Below, one piece after another: positions 10,390-19,870 of a DNA stretch of 64,000 nt. The notes below the pieces were generated by a model. That model was not told where the DNA came from. It saw only the letters and a list, made by a program, of their open reading frames with translations, and did no database searches. A program made the position numbers and the translations under genes. Location: positions 1,184,001-1,248,000 of the forward strand of contig CAWIPH010000002.1 of assembly GCA_963837955.1 (NCBI GenBank). The letters are read 5' to 3'. The DNA is from an uncultured Verrucomicrobiae bacterium. Lineage in GTDB: Bacteria; Verrucomicrobiota; Verrucomicrobiia; Chthoniobacterales; JAFAMB01. Every line of letters starts with the position of its first letter. Within the stretch, counting starts at the first letter, position 1.

Positions 10390-11510
10390 GTGACGCTATG
10401 TGGAATCGCATTAAAGCATTGATTAAGAAGGAGACGCTCATTGTCTTGCGCGACCCACGTAATCGGATCGCGATTTTTGTGCCGCCGCTGCTTCAGCTCC
10501 TGCTCTTCTCATTTACGGGCACCCAAGAAGTTAAAAACATTCGAATCGGAATTTTGAACCGGGATTACGGACAAGCCGGACATGAGCTCGTTCAACGTCT
10601 GTCAGCCTCGCCGAACTTTACGCATGTCTATTTTGCCGAATCGCCCGACGCGATGCGCCAACTCATCGACACACAGCAAGTGATTCTCGGCGTCCAGATA
10701 TTAGACGATTTCTCCAGACGCCTGGTCAGCGGAAATGGGCCGGCAGTCCAAATCCTCGTCGACGGGAGAAAGTCTTCGGCCGCGCAAATCGCCCAAGGTT
10801 ATATCACGCAGATCGTGAGCCAGTTCGCGCAGGATCAGATGCCGCAATTAACGACGGTAAGCAACAATCCGGTATCGGTTGTTTCGCGGAACTGGTTTAA
10901 TCCCAACCTCGACTATATCTGGTTCACTGTTCCCAGCCTGGTCGTGATCATCACGCTCCAGGTTTCGATGAACGTGACCACAATGTCGGTTCCGCGTGAG
11001 CGGGAAATGGGAACGTTCGATCAACTATTGGTTTCACCTCTCAGCCCGTTGGAAATCATGATCGGTAAGATGATACCGGCGTTCATCCTGGCACTCTTTG
11101 ATGCGACCCTCTTTATCGTCGTAGCAATTTTTGTCTTCCGTATTCCGTTTCATGGCTCGCTCCCATTGCTTTATTTATCGCTGATCGTTTTTGTTAGCTC
11201 TGTTGTTGGGCTTGGCCTGCTCATCTCGTCGTTTTGCCAGACGCAACAACAGGCTCTCCTGGGAACGATGACCGTCCTTTTTCCCGGATTGCTCATGTCG
11301 GGTTATACCAGTCCGATCGAAAATATGCCCGACTGGTTGCAAATGGTCACTTACTTGAACCCGCTCCGGTATATTATGATTATCGTAAAAGGTAGTTTCC
11401 TGAAGGGCATGCCTTTTGAAGTGATCTTTCAGAACATGTGGCCGATGGCCGTGATCGCGGTTCTGACGCTCACCTTCGCTACGATCTTTTTCCGGAGGAG
11501 ACTGGCGTAG
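10386..11510 (+). CDS. ybhR: ABC-2 type permease (YbhR-like)
   Basis: RIKALIKKE, WFNPNLDY, REREMGTFDQLLVSPL; start may be ATG at 10398. Confidence 0.85.
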   Translation: MSDAMWNRIKALIKKETLIVLRDPRNRIAIFVPPLLQLLLFSFTGTQEVKNIRIGILNRDYGQAGHELVQRLSASPNFTHVYFAESPDAMRQLIDTQQVILGVQILDDFSRRLVSGNGPAVQILVDGRKSSAAQIAQGYITQIVSQFAQDQMPQLTTVSNNPVSVVSRNWFNPNLDYIWFTVPSLVVIITLQVSMNVTTMSVPREREMGTFDQLLVSPLSPLEIMIGKMIPAFILALFDATLFIVVAIFVFRIPFHGSLPLLYLSLIVFVSSVVGLGLLISSFCQTQQQALLGTMTVLFPGLLMSGYTSPIENMPDWLQMVTYLNPLRYIMIIVKGSFLKGMPFEVIFQNMWPMAVIAVLTLTFATIFFRRRLA

Positions 11511-11598
11511 TTGGAGTTGGTGATTGGTTATTGGTGATTGGTGCTCGAGCTGTAGACGCACCGGACCGAGTGGCCAAACGCATCGAACATCCCTGACG

Positions 11599-11749
11599 GG
11601 TAGGGCGATACACGGCGTCGAGCGACAGCGAGATAAGCTGTGTGAGCCATGCGTGTGAGCCAAACGATGGGCAGTCGCAAGGCTCACAGTTCGGCGCTTA
11701 CCTTTCCCTTCTGGTACGCCTAGCGTTTGCCGAACTGTTTCGCCCTACC
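11599..11749. repeat. GTAG-tagged REPIN-like element
   Basis: GGTAGGGCGATACA...AGCGACAGCGAGATAAGCTGTGTGAGCC...GGCTCACAG...CTGTTTCGCCCTACC; same internal motif as 4307 element. Confidence 0.85.
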
Positions 11750-11793
11750 TGCATGGGGTGAAACATGCCTTCGGCCCTATCACCAATCACTGA

Positions 11794-12258
11794 TCACCGG
11801 ACCTGCGCCATCGCTATTCCCAGCACAAAGGAGACCAGCAGCAGAGCAAGAATAGTCCGGGCGGCCAGCGCAAATCCTCGATGGATGACAGGTAGCTCCG
11901 CTGTCGTGGCCAAGATCCGACGCGGCCAAAGATACCAGGAAACGTAAACAAAGCAGGCCAAGGTACCGGCCCAAAGAATGGATTTCACACCAAAGCAGAT
12001 CCACCAGATAAGAGGATGCGGGACTCTCGAAAAAAAAGGATCGACGAACCCGGTGATTCCGATGACAGATAGGGCGGCGAGAAACTGCCAGCGAGCACCA
12101 TCGGCCAGATTGGCAACGAAGGCTTCGAAATCACGGATGTCTTTGAAGAAAGCTTTCGCTCGTGGCTGTACGGTCATTATGCTGTACAGGGCTCCGCCTA
12201 GAAGCACCGCGCCAAGTAGTGCGTGGATGATTAGTAGGAGATATCGAGCAAGGTCCAC
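11794..12258 (-). CDS. hypothetical 4-TM membrane protein
   Basis: 154 aa with four hydrophobic segments; GTG start. Confidence 0.65.
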   Translation of the reverse strand: MDLARYLLLIIHALLGAVLLGGALYSIMTVQPRAKAFFKDIRDFEAFVANLADGARWQFLAALSVIGITGFVDPFFSRVPHPLIWWICFGVKSILWAGTLACFVYVSWYLWPRRILATTAELPVIHRGFALAARTILALLLVSFVLGIAMAQVR

Positions 12259-12346
12259 CTGGCAATCTATACGTAGATGGATGTGATGTGTCGAATTGGG
12301 GACGGCTCCGATAAAAGGTTACACTTCTCCGTTGGGGACGAAACTC

Positions 12347-13043
12347 ACCCATCGATCGGAGGGCGCGCCGCTTGCGGCGCCCGGGAATAGCCCACGATAA
12401 ATCGCAGTCCCCCGGTTTGTGCGATTCGCGGAAAATCTAATGCAAAGGAGTTGCGCCAACGTTCATATATTATAACATGACATATAAAAGTTATGATATT
12501 TCAAAATAGAAGACATCCACCGCATCTGCCTTCACTTGAATCAGCTACTCCAACTCTGTTCGTGACTGTCTGCACAAGAGATCGGCGAAAGATTCTGGCA
12601 AATGCGATGGCACACAGTCTTTTGCGGGAGGCATGGAACGCTTATTCTGATTTTTCTGTTGGGCGCTACGTGATTCTGCCAGACCATATACACTTTTTCG
12701 TCGATGATAGTGACCTTGCCCCGTACAGTTTAGGCCGCTGGGTCGGCGCCTGGAAGGCGTACGTTTCGAGACGTTGGCCTAACGAGACGGAAAAGCCAAT
12801 TTGGCAAAGGAACTTCTGGGATCGTCAAATGTGGAGCGATCATTCCTGCGACGTGAAATGGTTGTACGTAAGAAACAATCCGGTACGCCACGGCTTGGCC
12901 GAACGCCCTGAAGATTGGCCATTTCAAGGTGTGATGAACGAAAGCGAATAAGAAATACTAGAACGAAATCCTCGGACTCGATTCCTGGTGAACCCTGGAT
13001 GATTCCCGGGCGCCGCAAGCGGCGCACCCTCCGATCGATGGGT
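12347..13043. mobile_element. REP-associated tyrosine transposase locus 1 with 42-bp terminal inverted repeats
   Basis: 12347-12388 and 13002-13043 are inverted copies (1 mismatch) containing the GGAG-tagged GCCGCTTGCGGC hairpin. Confidence 0.88.
12493..12951 (+). CDS. REP-associated tyrosine transposase (RAYT; HUH/Y1)
   Basis: FVTVCT, YVILPDHIH (HUH), IWQRNFWDR, YVRNNPVRHGL, PEDWPF motifs. Confidence 0.9.
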   Translation: MIFQNRRHPPHLPSLESATPTLFVTVCTRDRRKILANAMAHSLLREAWNAYSDFSVGRYVILPDHIHFFVDDSDLAPYSLGRWVGAWKAYVSRRWPNETEKPIWQRNFWDRQMWSDHSCDVKWLYVRNNPVRHGLAERPEDWPFQGVMNESE

Positions 13044-13136
13044 ATTACGACGTTGTCTTGATGAGAGCGGCTGCCGAAGCCTATGGGAATGGGACTGCTT
13101 GCTTGGAAAAGTCGTCTTCAATATGACTACCCTACC

Positions 13137-13176
13137 AAAAAAAATTCCCCGCCGGGCAAGCGCCAGACGGGGAATT
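13137..13176 (-). terminator. intrinsic terminator of porin 1
   Basis: On minus strand AATTCCCCG...CGGGGAATT stem followed by a T-run. Confidence 0.8.
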
Positions 13177-13205
13177 AGGGCAGCGTTAGCTAAATAAAAA
13201 TCGGT

Positions 13206-14994
13206 TTAGAAGAACCACTCAACCTGGGTACCAAACAACCAGCCGTCATTGGATTTGGCGCTAGCGTATGGTGCGGTCGAGACTCCGCCGGTGTTGCCAC
13301 CTTCCCCAATGGAAGTGGTAGCGCCTCGCAGAGAGTCGCTCCAGATGGCGTAGGTTGCGAAGACGCGCAGCTCCGGACGAGTGAAATATCCACCTTTCGG
13401 TTTGATGGTCGGCGCGATAGTGAATACTCCCATCGATCCGCTCCGTCCATAAGCAGTGGTCCCTTGAAAACCGCGGACGTTGTCCTGATAGCTCCCGAAG
13501 GCTTGACCTTGGATCGCGATGTTATCGGCAATCCAGTAGTAGGGCCTAATGCCAGCCTCGTATAAGTTACGCGTGCCGGGAGCTTCCCTGAACGATGTGC
13601 CCAGGCCTTGATTGCCGAACGTGCGATAGCCGGCCGAGTCCTGCTGCCAGAATCCCCAGATGCCAAGCGAGAAACAGGGGTTAGGATTCCAGACAAAGAA
13701 TCCACCAGCCCGATATCGACGTTGCTTTTGGATCGCGTTGCCGGCGTCAACCACGGTTCCAGTCGGGGTTAAAGGATTCTTGGCGAGAAAAGCGGATTCG
13801 AATCCTGTGACTGTGCCTAAGTCGGTACCCGCACTGAAGTTGGTCGCTCCGAAACCGAACAACGCGTACACTTCCAGGTAGCTCTTAGCGCCGATCGCAC
13901 TGAGATCGACGTGATAAACCGCGCCACCGCCGAGGCCCCATGCATCGGAAGTGTGAACCGGGTTAGCCAATTTGATCACATTGCCTTCTCCATCGTAGCC
14001 TTGGGTGAACGTGGTGCCCTTCTCGTAATTGGCTATACCGACCAGCATGATTTTGCCGAAACCGACATCGATATCCTTCAAGCGGACATCAAGGCTGTGC
14101 TTGTAGAACGTGCCGGTGGCCGTAGAAAACAGCGAGTCATCCAAGCCGCCGAGATAAGCAATCCAAAGTTTGCCGATACCGACATCGATGTTTTTCACTC
14201 CGGCTCCGTACCCGGACATATCCAGGTAGAAGTAATCCATCGGATCGATATTGAAACGATCGTAGAAGCGTTCCCCAGCCCAGAAGGTGATCTCCGGGGC
14301 GCCCTTGAACACGTTACTCATTTCGAGGAACGCCTCGCGCAAGACGAAACGGAAGTCGTTGCCGGCTTCTTCCACGCCGGTCGAAGGCGCCACGGTAAAC
14401 GTGTTGCGGTTTTGCAGATAGACGATGGCCGGCGTGAATCGCCATGGAGACATCCATTACGTCTGGGTTGTCGCCTAGCATGTGAGCCTGTTTCCAGGTC
14501 AACTCCATGTAGGTATCGTTTTCGTTGCCGAGACGTGGACGACCACCTTCATTGTCTGGCGGTTCAAAGTTGAAGTTACCACCGCCGCCGTTGCCATTAG
14601 CTTGGACACCGACACGAGCGTAAGCGGTAAAGCTGAAATTCCGGGTCAAAGACTTGAGGAACGATTCATCGAACGCAGGGCCTTTGCCCTCGTACTGTTT
14701 ACCGTCAGCGTCGGTAAGAACATGCGTGTTCAGGATAGAGCCGGAATCGGCTTTCGATTTGAGCGATTGGACTTCGGCCTCCATGGACGAGATGCGGTCT
14801 TCATACTGTTTTTGCATCTTTTCCATTTGGGCCTGGCTTTGCTGCTGCATCTTTTCTATCTGGGCCTTCAGTGCAGCGACATCGCTTGAGTCCGAGTTTT
14901 GAGCGTGGAGCAATGCGGGGGCAGAAAACATTAAACTCGCGGCTAACGATGCTTTAAGTCCCCGCCGGAGGGGAGAACTAACGGGAAAACACAT
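13206..14994 (-). pseudogene. LamB-type carbohydrate porin with N-terminal coiled coil, split by a +1 frameshift near 14440 (pseudogene or assembly error)
   Basis: ORFs 14314-14994 and 13206-14453 together align to the intact paralog 15872-17605; minus-strand ATGGCGATTCACG vs paralog ATGACGTTCACT. Confidence 0.8.
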
Positions 14995-15140
14995 TTTATC
15001 TTCCTTGATGATATTGGGTTACTTCTTTGGTCTGTAAGCGTAATAAGAAACGCGCGAAAAGGGGTATCCCAAAAACAGACTAGTCAGTCAAGAAAGATTT
15101 CGGAGGAGATTAACCCAAGGATGATGCAGGATCCCTGACC

Positions 15141-15261
15141 GGTAGGGCGAAACAGCCTAGCCGGACGCGGTTTTACCCGTGCCGACAGGCTGTGAGCCGC
15201 AACGCTGATTTGGCTCACGCGCCTGAATTAGCTATCGCTCACAGGACTGAACCGCTCTACC
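15141..15261. repeat. GTAG-tagged REPIN-like element
   Basis: GGTAGGGCGAAACAG...TGTGAGCC..GGCTCAC...CGCTCTACC. Confidence 0.7.
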
Positions 15262-15282
15262 GGTCGTCCGGGTTTGCGCCTT

Positions 15283-15736
15283 GGCACGGCGAAAATTTAT
15301 TTGAGCCGGAAAGTCCTGAGCGGCTCACGCGGAGCGTTCGCCCTACCGATCAGGGGCGCTGTTCCAGCGTTGGTAGGGCGAAAATTTATTTGAGCCGGGA
15401 ACCCCTGAGCGGCTCACGCAAAAGCGTTCGCCCTACCGATCAGGGGTGTCGATCCAGCGTCGGTAGGGCGAAAATTTATTTGAGCCGGGAACCCCTGAGC
15501 GGCTCACGCAAAGCGTTCGCCCTACCGATCAGGGGCGTTGTTCCAGCGTTGGTAGGGCGAAAATTTATTTGAGCCGGGAACCCCTGAGCGGCTCACGCAA
15601 AAGCGTTCGCCCATCCGCCTCCGCTCGCTATGGCGAGACAGGCCCGATCAGGAGTGTCGATCCAGCGTTGGTAAGGCGAAAATTTATTTGAGCCGGGGAA
15701 CCGCTGAGCGGCTCATGCGAAAGCATTCGCCCTACC
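15283..15736. repeat. tandem array of five ~66-nt palindromic REP doublets with ~24-nt linkers (BIME-like)
   Basis: Unit GGTAGGGCGAAAATTTATTTGAGCCGGGAACCCCTGAGCGGCTCACGCAAAAGCGTTCGCCCTACC at ~15283, 15372, 15462, 15551, 15670. Confidence 0.92.
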
Positions 15737-15776
15737 GATCACAGCGGGTGCGTAGCCGGGGAACGGCATCCTACCG

Positions 15777-15814
15777 AAAAAAATTCCCCGTCCGGCGCTA
15801 ACCGGACGGGGAAT
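15777..15814 (-). terminator. intrinsic terminator of porin 2
   Basis: ATTCCCCGTCCGG-loop-CCGGACGGGGAAT perfect stem plus T-run on minus strand. Confidence 0.85.
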
Positions 15815-15871
15815 AACAAACCAACCTGGCTTACAGTCCTGCCGGACTGTTTTGCCCTACCGAACTATAGC

Positions 15872-17605
15872 TTAGAAATACCACTCAACCTGGGTACCAA
15901 ACAACCAGCCGTCGTTCGAATGGTTGTTGACATATGGTCCCACGGAAGTGCCCGGGATGTTCGCATTGTTCGCGGCATTCTTGAAGGAATCGCTCCAAAC
16001 CGCGTAGGTCGCGAAGACGCGCAGTTCCGGACGGGTGAAATATCCACCCTTCGGCTTGATGGTCGGAGCAATGGTGAATACACCCATATTTCCGCCGCGG
16101 CCGAAGGAAGTCGTGCCGGACCCGCCACGGTTGTTGTCTGACCAAGCACCCCAGGCTTGACCTTGGATCGCGATATTGTCGGCGATCCAGAAGACGGGAC
16201 GAATACCATACTCGATCAAGTTGCGATTTCCCGAAACGATCTTGGTCTTGCCGTTGGCGTCAACTCCAATCGTTTGAAATCCCTGATTATTCAGGTTCCA
16301 GAAACCCCACAGGCACATTGAGAAGTACGAGGTCGGATTCCAGACAAACTGGCCACCGGCGCGGTACTGCAACTGATTATTGATGGGGTCGCCAACGTTA
16401 ATTATTTGTCCTGGGGCTGCCGGATGAAGCGCCAAGAAACTGGTCTCAGCTCCGGTAACTGCGCCTACATCGGTGCCGACATTCGAGAAGGTGGTCGCTC
16501 CCCGACCGAACAAGGCCCATAATTGGAGGAAGCTCTTGTTGCAGAAGTCGTACTGATAAACGAACCCGCCACCAATGCCATACGCGTCACCAAACCGAGT
16601 CGGGTTTCTCAAGTTGAACACATTGCCTTCGCTATCATAAGCTTTCGTAAAGGTTGTGCCCTTCTCGAAGTTAGCCAGGAAAACGAGCATCAACTTACCG
16701 AAGCCGCCCAGTTGGATGTCTTTCAGACGAGCATCGATCCCGTGCTTGTAGAGAGTACCGATTGATGTGGAGAGCTGAGAGTTGTCCTGACTAGCAATGT
16801 AAGCAATCGAGAATTTGCCGATACCAACATCGATGTTTTTCACACCGGCTCCGTACCCGGAGTCATCCAGGTAGAAGTAATCGTTCGCATCCACGTTGAA
16901 ACGGTCATAGAAGCGCTCGCCACCCCAGAAGGTGATCTCGGGCGCGCCCTTGAAGACGTTTGCCATCTCCAGGAAAGCTTCACGCAAAACGAACCGGAAA
17001 TCGTTGCCGGCTTCCTGTACTCCGCTATTCGGTGCCACGGTGAACGAGTTGCGGGTCGTCTGGTAGACGATAGCCGGAGTGAACGTCATGGAGACATCCA
17101 TTACATCTGGATTGTCACCCAACATGTGGGCCTGTTTCCAGGTCAACTCCATGTAGACGTCGTTTTCGTTGCCGAGACGGGGACGACCGCCATCGCTATC
17201 TGGAATGTTAAAGCTGAAGTTACCGCCACCGCCATTGCCGTTAACTTGGACACCGGCACGGACGTAAGCCGTAAAGCTGAAATTTCGGGTCAGCGACTTG
17301 AGGAACGATTCGTCTAGGACAGGGCCTTTGCCTTCGTACTGTTTGCCGTCCGCATCGGTCAGAACGTGCGTGTTCAGAATCGATCCGGAATCCGCCTTAG
17401 ATTCGAGCGACTGCATCTTGGATTCCATCGCCGTGATGCGGTCCTCGTATTGTTTCTGCATCTTATCCATCTGGGCCTTTAATGCAGTGACATCGCCTGA
17501 GTCCGAGTTCTGGGCGTAAATCGCTCCAGAGGCAAGCAGCGCCAAACTCGCAACTAGCGCTGCTCTGAGACCCAGCAGTCGGGGAAAACTAGCCGGAAAA
17601 CACAT
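15872..17605 (-). CDS. LamB/maltoporin-family carbohydrate porin with N-terminal coiled coil
   Basis: Signal peptide, RLGNENDVYMEL, FWGGERFYDR, GYGAGVKNI, FTRPELRVFATYAVW, C-terminal FGTQVEWYF. Confidence 0.85.
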   Translation of the reverse strand: MCFPASFPRLLGLRAALVASLALLASGAIYAQNSDSGDVTALKAQMDKMQKQYEDRITAMESKMQSLESKADSGSILNTHVLTDADGKQYEGKGPVLDESFLKSLTRNFSFTAYVRAGVQVNGNGGGGNFSFNIPDSDGGRPRLGNENDVYMELTWKQAHMLGDNPDVMDVSMTFTPAIVYQTTRNSFTVAPNSGVQEAGNDFRFVLREAFLEMANVFKGAPEITFWGGERFYDRFNVDANDYFYLDDSGYGAGVKNIDVGIGKFSIAYIASQDNSQLSTSIGTLYKHGIDARLKDIQLGGFGKLMLVFLANFEKGTTFTKAYDSEGNVFNLRNPTRFGDAYGIGGGFVYQYDFCNKSFLQLWALFGRGATTFSNVGTDVGAVTGAETSFLALHPAAPGQIINVGDPINNQLQYRAGGQFVWNPTSYFSMCLWGFWNLNNQGFQTIGVDANGKTKIVSGNRNLIEYGIRPVFWIADNIAIQGQAWGAWSDNNRGGSGTTSFGRGGNMGVFTIAPTIKPKGGYFTRPELRVFATYAVWSDSFKNAANNANIPGTSVGPYVNNHSNDGWLFGTQVEWYF

Positions 17606-17832
17606 GTTTTTCTTTTTTACACTCCTTGATTGAGGGGGGTTAATTGTAGAAGGGCGTCGTTAGGAGTACCTAAAGAGCGAATTATCTGTCGAGCGAAAAT
17701 GATAAAAAAATCAAACATTTCGCACGATTTCTTGTCCGGAACGGCTTTCCGGGGAGAAAATGCCCAAAATTGCCCATCCCGGAAGAAATGGTCGATAGCC
17801 GATAGCCAAGAAGCGCCGAGCGGTCTGTTGGA

Positions 17833-17893
17833 GGGGAGGGATCGCGTCCCCGCGATCCGGTTCTTTTCGGCGCACGAGGACATGCGCCCTCCC
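17833..17893. repeat. GGAG-tagged REP doublet (second GGAG family)
   Basis: GGGGAGGGATCGCGTCCCCGCGATCC...GGCGCACGAGGACATGCGCCCTCCC; inverted near-copy at 24164-24218. Confidence 0.8.
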
Positions 17894-17946
17894 TGTCAGG
17901 GATGTGGAACGAGTTTTCTCAGTCCCTGCATGCCATGTCATCTGGG

Positions 17947-18030
17947 AAAGGTAGCGTAGCCTGATGCTCCGCCTCAGGAGATTGGCACGCCTTGGGTTCC
18001 TGAGGCGGAGCATCAGGCTACGCCACCTTT
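17947..18030. repeat. GTAG-tagged long hairpin (GTAGCCTGATGCTCC family)
   Basis: AAAGGTAGCGTAGCCTGATGCTCCGCCTCAGGA / TCCTGAGGCGGAGCATCAGGCTACGCCACCTTT; degenerate relative at 63679-63854. Confidence 0.85.
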
Positions 18031-18092
18031 TCGAGATTGACTATTGGCTAACGGATTCGAGGGTATCCTGCCGCCAACTGGGGGTGGTATCT

Positions 18093-19640
18093 ATGACAGA
18101 TCAATCGTTTTCGAATCCGCTGAGGGAGGGGCTGGTTTCGCGAGCCGCTCCCGAGCCTTGCACGATCGTTATTTTTGGGGCTACCGGCGACTTGACGCAT
18201 CGTAAGCTGGTTCCGGCCCTGTACAATTTAGCTGCCGACGGCGATCTGCCGCCGGGGCTAGCTGTAGTGGGTTTCGCTCGCCGGGATAAGACAGACGAGG
18301 TGTTTCGCCAAGAGCTAAGCGAAGCGGCTCACAAATATTCACGACAAAAGATCAACGAAGATCTCTGGAAAAACTTTGCCAATTCGATCTTCTATCATCG
18401 GAGCGAATTCGGCGATCCCGATGGCTATCGACGGCTGAAGGAACGCCTGGAACAGATCGATCAGGAGCGGGGAACGAGGGGCAACCGCATTTTTTATCTG
18501 TCCGCTGGTCCCGACCAATTCGAGCCTATTTTGACCCAACTGGAAGCCACGGGATTGAACAAAAGCCCTAACAGCGGCTGGGCTCGGGTCATCGTGGAAA
18601 AGCCATTCGGCATTGATTTGCAAAGTGCGCAGACTTTAAACACGGCGGTGCGGAACGGTTTCGCGGAGGCTGACACTTTCCGAATAGATCATTATCTGGG
18701 AAAAGAAACCGCGCAGAACATCATGGTGTTGCGCTTTGCTAACGCCATTTTTGAGCACCTCTGGAATCAGCGTTATATCGACCACATACAGATCACCGCG
18801 AGCGAGCAACTCGGTGTAGAGAATCGAGCCGGTTATTACGAAGGAGCTGGGGCGCTTCGGGATATGGTGCAGAATCATCTGCTTCAGCTGCTTTGTTTGA
18901 TTGCGATGGAGCCGCCAACGGACCTGAGCGCCGATGCGATCCGAGACGAAAAGGTTAAAGTGCTTCGTTCGCTGCGCCGGATTCGCGGGAAAGAGATAGC
19001 CCGGACTGTGGTTCGGGGTCAATACGCTGCAGGTTCGATCAACGGTCAATCGGTGCCCGGGTATCGCGACGAAAAGAATGTTCGCCCGGAATCACTCACC
19101 GAGACCTTTGTGGCACTTCGGATCTTGATCGATAATTGGCGCTGGGCCGACGTTCCTTTTTACGTACGGGTCGGAAAACGTCTACCCAAGGCTGGCACTG
19201 AGATCGGCATCCACTTTAAGAACGCGCCTGGAGTATTGTTCAATCGAGGTCAAACGGGGGTCCGGGACGGTTCGCAAAATGTGCTCGTCATCCGGATTCA
19301 ACCGGATGAGGGAGTGTCGTTGCGGATGCAATCGAAGGTCCCGGGTGCGAGTGTTCGGGTTCAGCCGGTCAAGATGGATTTTCATTACGGCACATCATTT
19401 GGGACCGCGAGCCCGGAGGCTTACGAACGGCTGTTGTTAGATGCTATGGCTGGGGATGCGACGCTCTTTGCCCGACGCGACGAGGTGGAAGAAGCGTGGC
19501 GATTCGTAGATGAGATCGAGGAACAATGGCACCGGGATGAGAAAGAGTCTCCCCTGTCGTTTTATTCGGCCGGAAGCTGGGGACCGGCCGAAGCCGAAGC
19601 GCTGATTGAGAACGATGGCCGAGCGTGGAGGAGGCTCTGA
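18093..19640 (+). CDS. zwf: glucose-6-phosphate 1-dehydrogenase
   Basis: IFGATGDL, RIDHYLGKE, EKPFG, RDMVQNHLLQ; upstream ORF extension lies in a repeat so ATG 18093 chosen. Confidence 0.97.
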   Translation: MTDQSFSNPLREGLVSRAAPEPCTIVIFGATGDLTHRKLVPALYNLAADGDLPPGLAVVGFARRDKTDEVFRQELSEAAHKYSRQKINEDLWKNFANSIFYHRSEFGDPDGYRRLKERLEQIDQERGTRGNRIFYLSAGPDQFEPILTQLEATGLNKSPNSGWARVIVEKPFGIDLQSAQTLNTAVRNGFAEADTFRIDHYLGKETAQNIMVLRFANAIFEHLWNQRYIDHIQITASEQLGVENRAGYYEGAGALRDMVQNHLLQLLCLIAMEPPTDLSADAIRDEKVKVLRSLRRIRGKEIARTVVRGQYAAGSINGQSVPGYRDEKNVRPESLTETFVALRILIDNWRWADVPFYVRVGKRLPKAGTEIGIHFKNAPGVLFNRGQTGVRDGSQNVLVIRIQPDEGVSLRMQSKVPGASVRVQPVKMDFHYGTSFGTASPEAYERLLLDAMAGDATLFARRDEVEEAWRFVDEIEEQWHRDEKESPLSFYSAGSWGPAEAEALIENDGRAWRRL

Positions 19641-19709
19641 AAGAAATAGCCGATAGTCGATAGCCAATAGCCGATAACTGGTGACGTCTTGGATCGGTAA
19701 GCGGTTCAG

Positions 19710-19860
19710 AGCGCCGAAGGCGTGATTCAGGATAGCCTGGGGTGAAGCCCTAGGAATGAGCGGTCCAGAGCGCCAAAGGCGTGATTCAGGATAGCCTCTA
19801 GGGTGAAGCCCTAGGAATAAGGCCACAAGAAAACATTCAGCGCTGAAAGCGCGTGACAAT
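19710..19860. repeat. tandem copies of the RAYT-2 terminal repeat
   Basis: AGCGCCGAAGGCGTGATTCAGGATAGCC...GAAGCCCTAGGAAT twice, then CAGCGCTGAAAGCGCGTGACAA; matches reverse complement of 30545-30630. Confidence 0.85.
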
Positions 19861-19870
19861 AACCAGACGG

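Noticed and set aside
14430..14450. Programmed frameshift or phase variation in porin 1 or pyrC
   Set aside because: No slippery heptamer, homopolymer or short repeat at either site
15192..15572. 126-aa repetitive ORF
   Set aside because: Translation of the REP array
15283..15736. CRISPR array
   Set aside because: Linkers are near-identical and alternate, units are ~66-nt REP doublets found elsewhere in the window, and there are no cas genes
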